A model generated the notes under the pieces. The model searched no databases. It had not been told where the DNA came from and saw nothing but the letters and a program-made list of their open reading frames with translations. A program made the position numbers and the translations under genes. A stretch of 64,000 nt of DNA from Bacteroidales bacterium (GTDB lineage: Bacteria > Bacteroidota > Bacteroidia > Bacteroidales > UBA932): positions 16,997 through 80,996 of the forward strand of contig JBAYDV010000001.1 in assembly GCA_041668045.1 (NCBI GenBank), given 5' to 3'. Below, piece by piece: positions 17,240 to 26,138 of the stretch (positions are counted from its first letter, which is position 1; each line of letters opens with the position of its first letter).

Positions 17240-19741
17240 TCATTTTTTAAATTTAGAGGATTCTTTATTTTTACTTTTATCACTTTGCGAATAACCATAG
17301 ATTCCAGCATTACCATAGCCATAGCCATAACCATAACCACTTCCGTATCCATAGCTTGAATATCCTAAAATCTTTTTACTCATATATAAATCATTTAAAA
17401 CTATATTCACATTTTTCAATTTTTTAGAATTTATAGTTTTATTAATCAAAGGAATAGTATCTAATCTTGTATAATTAGATTTCACAACATATAATGTAGA
17501 ATCTACGAATTTATTTATTATAAGAGCATCAGAAACAGGCATAAAAGGAGCTGAATCACAAATTATATAATCATATTTATCTTTAAAATAATTAAAAATC
17601 TCTGCGATTTTTGGAGAAGCTAAAAGCTCAGTTGGATTTGGTGGTACGAAACCACTAAATATTATATCTAAATTAGGCTCGATTTTTGATTTTGTAGGAA
17701 GCTGGTCAATATTATCTGCTTTACCGATTAAATAACCTACTACACTATTCTTTTTAACATGTTCAATCGTAGATAATCTCTGTTCCAAAACAGGTTTTCT
17801 TAAATCCAAGCCTATCAATAATACTTTACCATGTAAATGAGACAAAGAAACAGCTAAATTCACTGCGATATAACTTTTACCTTCACCAGGAAAAGAAGAA
17901 GTAACTTGAATAATATTTCCTTTTAAAAACTGAAGATTAGTTCTTAACATTCTAAAAGCCTCTGATTTTATATCTCTTCCACTAGCTTTTATAAAAGTTT
18001 GAGTATCATCAGAATGAGGTAAAGTAGCTAAAATTGGAATATCTGTTAAATTTTCAAGATCTTCTTGAGTTACTACTTTATATCTAAATAGCTTAATACC
18101 CCACACAATTAGAGGAGGTAAAGAAACTCCTAGTATCAAAGCTATTAAATAAATCATTTCTTTTTTTGGGGCAATAGGAATATTGTCTCCAAAAGCAGGT
18201 TCTACTACTCTAACATTATCTACGATAGAATATAGAGCTATCTGAGTCTCTTCTTTCTTCTGTCTAAGCATCACGTAAAGAGGCTCGATAATATCCTGTT
18301 TTCTAGTTATTTCAGCTAAACGAACTTGTTGACCAGGAATAACAGAAATTTGCTTAATATTAGAAGATATAGTCTTATCCAACTCTTGTTCTTGAATAGA
18401 ATATGATTTATCCAAGCTGGATATTGTTTCCAAAATACTTTCTCTATTATCAGCTAATCGTTTATTCAAGATTAAGACTCTAGGGTTATTTTCACTTGAA
18501 TTTATCAATAATCTATTTCTTAATATAACAGATTCATTATAAATATTAATTGTCGAATTTAGACCTTCATCTGCAAATCCAGCAGCTGGAATAACTTTAT
18601 AATCTCCCGAATCATTATCTTTCATATAATCAGAGACCATTGCCAACAATTTTCTCTGAAGTTGAACCTCTGTTAATTTTTTTCTAAATTCAGATCCTGA
18701 CTCTAAAGACAGTTTTGACTGAGATGATAAATCTATAAGAGTATTAGATGTTTGATAATTTTTAATCTCATCTTCGACATCCTCTAACTGCTTTGATATC
18801 TCGGCTAATCTACTATTAATAAATGAAAGAGCACCCATATTTGATTCATTTTTAAGAGTCCTGGCTTGAAGATTATAAACAGATATTAACTTATTTAATA
18901 TATCTTCTGCTCTATTTGGATTTGAATCTTTTAAAGATAACTCTATAACATCTGTTTTTGACATTTTATCGCCTAGATTTACTATACTCATATTAGAGAC
19001 TATAGATTTCGCAGTAGCATATGGCTGATTATAAGACCAGGTATATGAAGCTCCTGCTTCCATCGCTTTCTCATTAGTTATACTGATTCTATAGACTAAA
19101 TCCCCTCTTGATTTTTTTGTTTTATATTCAAAGTTAGAAATCTTACCAAAAGAGTATAAAATATCCTTATCTACATCTTGATCCTCACCATTAACACTAA
19201 GATCTAATATTTTATAGGTCTTAGCATCCTCCATTTTATATTTCATATATAAACTGGTAATATTGTTCGAGTTATTACTCTGTGTAGTATTATTACTATA
19301 AACTTGATTATTTAAAACTTTTCCAGAAAAAGGATTATTTTTATAATAATAAGTATCAGCATCAAAAATAAAATTGTCCTCCTTTGCATACTGATTATTC
19401 AGATTTAAATCAGTAACGACTTTGGACATTAATGATGGAGATTTCATAATATAAATTTCATCATCTATATTCATTCCTTGATGCTCTCCTGTAAGGTCAA
19501 ACATAAAAGATAATTGCTTAGATGAGGATCCTTGGCTTTCACGAACCAACATAACAGATATAGTTCTATTATATATCGGGGTTACTGTTTTTAAATATAG
19601 ATAAGACGCACACAATACTGCAACGATCGATATTATTATCCAATATTTAAGGTTCCATATAAGTATAAATATATCACGGATATTTATTTCCTGATCATTA
19701 TCCGCTACTTTATTACTTGAATTTTCTATATTATTCTCCAT
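17240..19741 (-). CDS. Wzc-like polysaccharide co-polymerase / bacterial tyrosine autokinase (BY-kinase)
   Basis: Two TM segments flank a large coiled periplasmic domain. The cytoplasmic domain has Walker A SSFPGEGKS, Walker A' LIGLDLRKP and Walker B YIICDSAP. The C-terminal Tyr cluster is GYSSYGYGSGYGYGYGYGNAGIYGY. Confidence 0.85.
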   Translation of the reverse strand: MENNIENSSNKVADNDQEINIRDIFILIWNLKYWIIISIVAVLCASYLYLKTVTPIYNRTISVMLVRESQGSSSKQLSFMFDLTGEHQGMNIDDEIYIMKSPSLMSKVVTDLNLNNQYAKEDNFIFDADTYYYKNNPFSGKVLNNQVYSNNTTQSNNSNNITSLYMKYKMEDAKTYKILDLSVNGEDQDVDKDILYSFGKISNFEYKTKKSRGDLVYRISITNEKAMEAGASYTWSYNQPYATAKSIVSNMSIVNLGDKMSKTDVIELSLKDSNPNRAEDILNKLISVYNLQARTLKNESNMGALSFINSRLAEISKQLEDVEDEIKNYQTSNTLIDLSSQSKLSLESGSEFRKKLTEVQLQRKLLAMVSDYMKDNDSGDYKVIPAAGFADEGLNSTINIYNESVILRNRLLINSSENNPRVLILNKRLADNRESILETISSLDKSYSIQEQELDKTISSNIKQISVIPGQQVRLAEITRKQDIIEPLYVMLRQKKEETQIALYSIVDNVRVVEPAFGDNIPIAPKKEMIYLIALILGVSLPPLIVWGIKLFRYKVVTQEDLENLTDIPILATLPHSDDTQTFIKASGRDIKSEAFRMLRTNLQFLKGNIIQVTSSFPGEGKSYIAVNLAVSLSHLHGKVLLIGLDLRKPVLEQRLSTIEHVKKNSVVGYLIGKADNIDQLPTKSKIEPNLDIIFSGFVPPNPTELLASPKIAEIFNYFKDKYDYIICDSAPFMPVSDALIINKFVDSTLYVVKSNYTRLDTIPLINKTINSKKLKNVNIVLNDLYMSKKILGYSSYGYGSGYGYGYGYGNAGIYGYSQSDKSKNKESSKFKK

Positions 19742-19763
19742 TTTTTTAAAATTTCCTTTCTTT

Positions 19764-20543
19764 TTAAGAATTAGCTAATATTAACGATATTACTGTTACT
19801 ATAGTAGTAATACTTGAAAATATGATACTCCAAAGTCCAGTGGCCATCGTTCCCTGAGCGACTCTAGAAGGGCTCTGAGGAACATAGATAACATCATTTT
19901 GTTGTAAATAGAAATATGGAGAACTTAAAATTGAACTATTTTTAAGATTAATCTTAAAATGTTCCTGTTTTCCATCTATTTCTCTAATTAATATAATATT
20001 ATCTCTCTGAGCTGTTAATAGCAAATCTCCAGCGATTCCTAAGGCTTCCAAGACATTAATTTTTTCAGTATTAATATTATAAGTTCCTGGAGATTTCACT
20101 TCTCCAAGTATAGTAACTTTATAATTAGTAATTTTCACATAAACGATAGGATCCTTGACGTCTTTACTTATCTCTTGTGTAAGATAATTTACTAACTCTG
20201 AACGCGTCATTCCTTCAACTTTAATTTTTCCAAGAATAGGAAAGTCAATACAACCTTCAGAATCTACAGTATATTTAAGTATACTATTTTCAGGATTATA
20301 ACTTGTATTAGTGCTTCCTTCTGATAAGGAAAGATTGTATGGCTGTACTACCATTTTATCAGGACCTGAAACTACAATAGATAAGACATCATCTTTTTTA
20401 ATTTTAGTTTCATATTTCGTCTGCATCTCTTTAGGCTTAGTCTGCTCTATATTTTGAAAATATAAAATCTCTTTTGAACTAGCACATCCACTTAGCCATA
20501 AAATAACTATTCCTAATAATAATGGAACGAAAATCTTTTTCAT
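19764..20543 (-). CDS. Wza-like polysaccharide export lipoprotein (Poly_export + SLBB)
   Basis: Lipobox LSGC. D.L.I.V..... pattern (KKDDVLSIVV), P.G.I.FP.LG.I...G.T (DSEGCIDFPILGKIKVEGMT), SLBB-like GEVKSPGTY, and a C-terminal TM helix. Confidence 0.8.
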   Translation of the reverse strand: MKKIFVPLLLGIVILWLSGCASSKEILYFQNIEQTKPKEMQTKYETKIKKDDVLSIVVSGPDKMVVQPYNLSLSEGSTNTSYNPENSILKYTVDSEGCIDFPILGKIKVEGMTRSELVNYLTQEISKDVKDPIVYVKITNYKVTILGEVKSPGTYNINTEKINVLEALGIAGDLLLTAQRDNIILIREIDGKQEHFKINLKNSSILSSPYFYLQQNDVIYVPQSPSRVAQGTMATGLWSIIFSSITTIVTVISLILANS

Positions 20544-20589
20544 TATATAATTAAATTAAAATATAAGTTGATAATTCTACATACTAACT

Positions 20590-20605
20590 TATATTTGCAA
20601 ATATA
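20590..20605. promoter_or_regulatory. Perfect 16-bp palindrome TATATTTGCAAATATA, made of two opposed -7 promoter boxes
   Basis: 20590-20597 is TATATTTG on the plus strand (toward the AI-2E gene, ATG 20662). 20598-20605 is TATATTTG on the minus strand (toward wza, ATG 20543). Confidence 0.45.
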
Positions 20606-20661
20606 TATAATAATCGAATGTAAACATTAAAAATACGTCTTTTTTTTTATAAATTAGCGAT

Positions 20662-21828
20662 ATGAATAAAAATTTAAGAACTATAACAATAGGAATAAGT
20701 ACTATTCTTCTACTTCTAAGCATATGGTACCTTAGATCGATTCTACTATATGTCATATTAGCATTAGTAGTATCTTTAATAGGTAGACCATTTTTCAAAT
20801 TAATAACTAAACGAAAATTTATTCCTGATTGGCTAGCTTCTATAATTACTATATCATTAATGCTTGGTATATTCGTCAGTTTATTCTTTTTCTTTTCACC
20901 TCTTATATCAAGTATTATTACTAAAATAGCAAGTATTAATACTTCTAATTTATTAGCTCAAACATCTATTCCATTATTAGATTTTAATCAATGGTTAATT
21001 AAGACTATACCTTCATTAGGTGATAATTTTAAAATAGAAGCTTTAATCCTTGATTATATCAAATCTTCAATTGATATTTCCATTATACAAAACACATTTT
21101 CATCCATAACTGGTGCTATAATCGATCTAGCTATAGGCATATTTTCAGTAGTCTTTATTTCTTTCTTCTTCATTAAAAATCAAGGATTAGCCACCAACTT
21201 TATAGCCAAATCGGTATCTGCCAAATATGAAAAAAATGTAAGACATGCTTCAAAAGCCATAACTGATTTACTTGAAAGATATTTTATAGGTATTTTACTG
21301 GAATCAACTTGTATTACCATTTTAAATACATTAGGACTTACTATTATAGCTCAGATGGATTTTTCTTTAGCTGTGGTTATAGGATTAACTACTGGTATAT
21401 TAAATATCATACCATACGTAGGCCCATTATGTGGTCATATTGTAGCAGTATTAATGGGTTTAGTTACTTACGGCACCATGGGTATAGAATCATCTCTAGG
21501 CCTATACTTATTAGTGATTTTGGCTATATGCGTCGTAACACAATTTATCGATAATTATTTATTTCAACCTTTAATTTACTCTAAAAGCGTAAAAGCTCAT
21601 CCTCTTGAAATATTCATAATTATCCTTATCGGCGGACATATAGAAGGTATAGTTGGAATGCTAGTAGCTATTCCTTCATATATAGTAATAAGAGTTATCG
21701 CTGTGGAATTTTTCTCACATTTTAGATTTGTACAAAATTTAGTTGTGAATCCTAATACGGATAAAGAAGAATCGCAGAATTCTAATAATACTATTGATGC
21801 AGAAGACAATTCTGAAAATAATGCATAA
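20662..21828 (+). CDS. AI-2E family (PerM/UPF0118) transporter
   Basis: About 8 predicted TM helices. The conserved C-terminal stretch HPLEIFIIILIGGHIEGIVGMLVAIP resembles the family signature. Has an acidic/Asn-rich tail. Confidence 0.7.
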   Translation: MNKNLRTITIGISTILLLLSIWYLRSILLYVILALVVSLIGRPFFKLITKRKFIPDWLASIITISLMLGIFVSLFFFFSPLISSIITKIASINTSNLLAQTSIPLLDFNQWLIKTIPSLGDNFKIEALILDYIKSSIDISIIQNTFSSITGAIIDLAIGIFSVVFISFFFIKNQGLATNFIAKSVSAKYEKNVRHASKAITDLLERYFIGILLESTCITILNTLGLTIIAQMDFSLAVVIGLTTGILNIIPYVGPLCGHIVAVLMGLVTYGTMGIESSLGLYLLVILAICVVTQFIDNYLFQPLIYSKSVKAHPLEIFIIILIGGHIEGIVGMLVAIPSYIVIRVIAVEFFSHFRFVQNLVVNPNTDKEESQNSNNTIDAEDNSENNA

Positions 21829-21850
21829 TTACTTATAGGGAGAAAAAAAG

Positions 21851-21884
21851 AAGGGTAACTAAATTCTATATTTTAGTTACCCTT
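21851..21884. terminator. Bidirectional intrinsic terminator between convergent genes
   Basis: The 13-bp stem AAGGGTAACTAAA / TTTAGTTACCCTT has an 8-nt loop. It is preceded by an A-run (21843-21849) and followed by a T-run (21883-21887). Confidence 0.65.
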
Positions 21885-21908
21885 TTTAATTATATATATT
21901 AAATAATA

Positions 21909-23252
21909 TTATTCATTAGTTGTACCCTTGGCTGCCTGATTCTCTTTTAAGAATGTATCATATTTCTTATAAGCTTTCATATAATCATCAGATTCAGTAC
22001 GGAAACGGAAATAAATTTGTTTTAAACCATCAGCGATTGAAATTTTAAAATCCTTATCGGCAGCAGCATTGAAAGCTCTTTCAAAAGGATCAATAGCATT
22101 TTTTAAATCGTCTTCAAATTCTTTATTAAGTTTATTATAACCCTCTACGTCATTAATGTCTAATTTATCCATTTTACCTTGAACATCTATAGCCTTATCA
22201 AAATAAGTAGTACCTATAGTATAAACACCAAATACATATGTTGAGTCAATAGCATAAGATTTTTCATAACATTTAAATGCATTATCTAAATCTCCCAAAT
22301 TCTTATAAACATTTCCTTCAGCATAATGTAAAGAAGCATTATTAGGTTCATTAGCTTGAGCAGTATGTATAAGTGTTAAAATTTTACTAGGGTCATCATT
22401 AGTCTCAAGATAAATATTAATCAAAGAAACAAGAATAGATTGACTTTTAGGAAATTTTGAAAAACCTTCACTTAATAAAGATTTAGCTCTATCAGTATTT
22501 CCATCTTTTCTATATAGCTCAGCTAAAGAAGAAAAAGCATCTCCTTTCTGATAATATCCTAAATCTATACATTGATTGTAGTATTTGATAGCCTTATCTT
22601 TATCTCCTGCTATTTGTGCAGTAACTGCTGTATAATAAACCATAGTAGAATCAATTTTCTTTACTACTGGATTATCAGATAAAGGTAAAGATGCCTCGAA
22701 ATATTTACATGCTGTTTTCACATCTCCGATAGCATATGCTCCCATAGCCTCATAATCTACATAATAACCTTTTAAAGTAGTCATAGCTTTTATAATATCA
22801 TCAGATTTCTTGCCATCTTTATCTACTTCTATAGCTTTATCAAGAGCTTTCTTAGCCTTCGACAAAAGATCTACATCCATAACAGGTTTTGTAATCTGGA
22901 TAGCAGATAAAATACCTGCTTCACTATAATAAAGAGCTTTATTATTATAAGTATCTACAGTAAATTTTTTACCATTAATAGCCTTTACTTCAGACTTAAG
23001 AACTTTTTGATCTCTTAAAATTAGTTTAGTTTCTACTTGTGGAGCACCTAACCTCAAACCATTGATTGGTTGGTTATAAGCATTCATATAGGCTTCACCT
23101 AATTTAATCCAGGTAGCAGCTTTAGTAGCTTTTTTCGCATTTTGAGATAATGCTTCAGCCTTCTGAACAGCTTTTACTACTTGATCTTTCGACTGTGCAG
23201 TCATTGGAATTACTAAAACCAATGATAATAATATTATTACAATTCTTTTCAT
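21909..23252 (-). CDS. Secreted tetratricopeptide-repeat protein
   Basis: Signal peptide. Repeated A..Y...A..L/G..D.A TPR-like helices (e.g. GDKDKAIKYYNQCIDLGY, GNTDRAKSLLSEGFSKFP, GDLDNAFKCYEKSYAIDS). A TPR gene next to gyrA is a conserved arrangement I recall in Bacteroidales. Confidence 0.6.
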   Translation of the reverse strand: MKRIVIILLSLVLVIPMTAQSKDQVVKAVQKAEALSQNAKKATKAATWIKLGEAYMNAYNQPINGLRLGAPQVETKLILRDQKVLKSEVKAINGKKFTVDTYNNKALYYSEAGILSAIQITKPVMDVDLLSKAKKALDKAIEVDKDGKKSDDIIKAMTTLKGYYVDYEAMGAYAIGDVKTACKYFEASLPLSDNPVVKKIDSTMVYYTAVTAQIAGDKDKAIKYYNQCIDLGYYQKGDAFSSLAELYRKDGNTDRAKSLLSEGFSKFPKSQSILVSLINIYLETNDDPSKILTLIHTAQANEPNNASLHYAEGNVYKNLGDLDNAFKCYEKSYAIDSTYVFGVYTIGTTYFDKAIDVQGKMDKLDINDVEGYNKLNKEFEDDLKNAIDPFERAFNAAADKDFKISIADGLKQIYFRFRTESDDYMKAYKKYDTFLKENQAAKGTTNE

Positions 23253-23297
23253 GACAATATTGTTAGTTCAATTTTTTTATTAATCTAATTATTTATT

Positions 23298-25889
23298 TTA
23301 GTTATTTTCAGGAGTAACATCATTTTCATTATCGTCGACATTACTATTATTTTCTTGATTTGAGTTTGGATTTTCTTGATTTTCTAAATCGCTACTTTGA
23401 TTTTCTGTATTTTCTGTATCTTCAGTATTTTCAGAATCAACTTTACAAACAGCAGCTATCATATCTTTATTTTTCAAGTTGATAAGCCTAACTCCTTGAG
23501 TAGCTCTTCCTGCTACATGTATATCACCAACAGATAATCTAATAGCTATACCTGATTTATTGATAATCATTAAATCTTCATTTTCTGTAACATCTTTTAT
23601 AGCTATAAGAGAGCCTGTTTTTTCTGTAACATTTAAAGTTTTGACTCCTTTACCTCCTCGATTTGTTTTACGATAATCATCTATCTGAGATCTCTTACCA
23701 TAACCATTTTCACTTACTACGAGAATAGTATAGTCTTTTCTCTTCTCAGGATCAGATGCAACACAAATCATGCCGATAACTTCATCATCATCATCAATAT
23801 TTATACCTTTTACTCCAGCTGCAGTTCTTCCAAGAGGTCTTGCATCTGTTTCTAAGAATCGACAACATCTTCCTTTACGTCCAGCTAAGAATACATCAGA
23901 ATGACCATCTGTTAGAATAGCTTCTAATAATTCATCACCTTCTTTAATAGTTATAGCGTTAACTCCATTAGTACGAGGACGAGAGTATGCCTCTAAACAA
24001 GTCTTTTTAACTATGCCTTTTTTAGTAGCCATAATAATGAAATGACTATTAATATAGTCTTCATCATTTAAAGAACCTACGTTCAGATATGCACATATTG
24101 AATCTCCTGGTTCTATATTTATAACATTCTGAATAGCTCTTCCTTTTGAAGCTTTAGTTCCTTCAGGTATATTATAAACCTTTAACCAGAAACATTTACC
24201 ATTTTTAGTAAAGAATAACATAGTACTATGCATATTCGCTACATATATGTGTTCTATAAAGTCTTCATCTCTAGTATTACTACCTTTAGCTCCTACACCT
24301 CCACGATTTTGAGTTTTGTATTCAGTAAGTGGAGTTCTCTTTATATAGCCTAAGTGTGAAATAGTAATTACTACATCTTCATTAGGATAAAAATCTTCTG
24401 GGTCGAAATCTTCTGAGCCCATAACTATCTCACTTCTACGTTCGTCTCCAAAATCTTTCTTTAATGAAATTAATTCTTCTTTAATTTTATTCATCTGAAG
24501 TTCTCGACTTGCTAAGAATTCTTCTAAAGATTTCATTAATTGAACTAAACCATCATATTCACTTTGTAGTTTTTCTCTTTCTAAGCCTGTCAATTGACGA
24601 AGCCTCATCTCAACGATAGCATTGGCTTGAATCTCTGTAAATGCATATTTAGAAATAAGATTATTTTTCGCTTCTTGAGCAGTTTTTGAAGATCTAATAG
24701 TAGCTATAATCTCATCAATAATATCCAAAGCTTTTAACAAGCCTTTAAGAATATGAGCTCTTTTACGAGCCTGGTCTAACTGAAATTTAGCTCTTCTAGT
24801 AACAACATCATGTCTGTGTTTAACAAAATATTTAATAAGCTGTCGAAGATTCAGAAGCATTGGTTTCCCATCAACTAAAGCTACATTATTAATTGAAAAA
24901 CTAGATTGAAGAGGTGAATATTTAAATAAGTTATTAAGAACAACATTAGCTACAGCTCCCATTTTTAGCTTAATGACGATTCTCATACCTTTATGATCAC
25001 TTTCATCATTAATATAAGAGATACCTTCTACTTTTTTAGATTCAACTAGCTCTGCTATTTTTTCTATTAATTCTTTTTTATTAACTAAATAAGGTATTTC
25101 AGTAACGACTATCGTCTCTCTACCAGAATTACTAACCTCTATCTCTGTCTTTGATCTGATTACTATTCTACCTCGCCCTGTTTCATATGCAGTTTTAGCA
25201 CCAGAAATTCCTTGAATAATACCACCAGTAGGAAAATCAGGACCTTTTATATACTGCATTAGTTCATCGACTGAAATATCTGGATTATCTATATATGCAC
25301 ATATAGCATCACATGTCTCATTCATATTATGAGGAGCCATATTAGTGGCCATACCCACTGCTATACCTGACGATCCATTTAATATTAATAAAGGGGCTTT
25401 TGAAGGTAGAACTACTGGTTCTTTTAGTGTTTCATCAAAATTAGATACAAAATCAACAGTATTCTTATCAAGATCTTCTAAACAAGCCTCGGCTAATTTA
25501 CGAAAACGTGCTTCAGTATAACGCATAGCAGCTGCTGAATCACCATCGATTGAGCCAAAATTACCTTGACCTTCTACTAACATATATCTCATACTCCATG
25601 GTTGTGCCATGCGTACCATTGTTCCGTAAACACTGGAATCACCATGTGGATGATATTTACCTAGAACTTCTCCAACAATACGGGCAGATTTTTTAGTAGG
25701 ATGAGTGGAAGAAATACCAAGTCCATCCATACCATATAATACCCTCCTGTGAACAGGTTTTAATCCATCTCTTACATCTGGCAAAGCACGTGAAACTATA
25801 ACTGACATCGAATAATCGATATACGCACTTCTCATCTCATCGTTGATATCTATCTGAACGATTCTATCTTTTGGTTCCTCTATTTCCAT
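23298..25889 (-). CDS. gyrA: DNA gyrase subunit A
   Basis: [18 protein letters not shown], the QRDR motif [10 protein letters not shown], catalytic Tyr in [10 protein letters not shown], a C-terminal beta-pinwheel, and an acidic Asn/Glu-rich tail. Confidence 0.95.
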   Translation of the reverse strand: MEIEEPKDRIVQIDINDEMRSAYIDYSMSVIVSRALPDVRDGLKPVHRRVLYGMDGLGISSTHPTKKSARIVGEVLGKYHPHGDSSVYGTMVRMAQPWSMRYMLVEGQGNFGSIDGDSAAAMRYTEARFRKLAEACLEDLDKNTVDFVSNFDETLKEPVVLPSKAPLLILNGSSGIAVGMATNMAPHNMNETCDAICAYIDNPDISVDELMQYIKGPDFPTGGIIQGISGAKTAYETGRGRIVIRSKTEIEVSNSGRETIVVTEIPYLVNKKELIEKIAELVESKKVEGISYINDESDHKGMRIVIKLKMGAVANVVLNNLFKYSPLQSSFSINNVALVDGKPMLLNLRQLIKYFVKHRHDVVTRRAKFQLDQARKRAHILKGLLKALDIIDEIIATIRSSKTAQEAKNNLISKYAFTEIQANAIVEMRLRQLTGLEREKLQSEYDGLVQLMKSLEEFLASRELQMNKIKEELISLKKDFGDERRSEIVMGSEDFDPEDFYPNEDVVITISHLGYIKRTPLTEYKTQNRGGVGAKGSNTRDEDFIEHIYVANMHSTMLFFTKNGKCFWLKVYNIPEGTKASKGRAIQNVINIEPGDSICAYLNVGSLNDEDYINSHFIIMATKKGIVKKTCLEAYSRPRTNGVNAITIKEGDELLEAILTDGHSDVFLAGRKGRCCRFLETDARPLGRTAAGVKGINIDDDDEVIGMICVASDPEKRKDYTILVVSENGYGKRSQIDDYRKTNRGGKGVKTLNVTEKTGSLIAIKDVTENEDLMIINKSGIAIRLSVGDIHVAGRATQGVRLINLKNKDMIAAVCKVDSENTEDTENTENQSSDLENQENPNSNQENNSNVDDNENDVTPENN

Positions 25890-26138
25890 TATTTTTTTAT
25901 ATTTTACGAACGGTAAAAATAGGAAAAAAAAACATACTGCACAAATACTAAGATTAAAATGAAAAGATTATTTTATGTAGAATTAACAATTATATATTAA
26001 AGACTGAATGTATATATCAAATTATCATAAAAGTATTATTTTTTAATATACTAGAAATAGTCTATCTTTGTTTTTTATTAAAGTTATTTGTATAATTTCT
26101 TTTTTAAAATATAGTAACTGTTTGAAGCAGGATTAATT

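Noticed and set aside
20544-20661. The wza upstream region might be a Bacteroides-style invertible (phase-variable) capsule promoter.
   Set aside because: The spacer is only 118 bp. I found no pair of flanking inverted repeats of 15-30 bp and no nearby serine/tyrosine recombinase gene. The only symmetric element is the 16-bp promoter palindrome reported separately.
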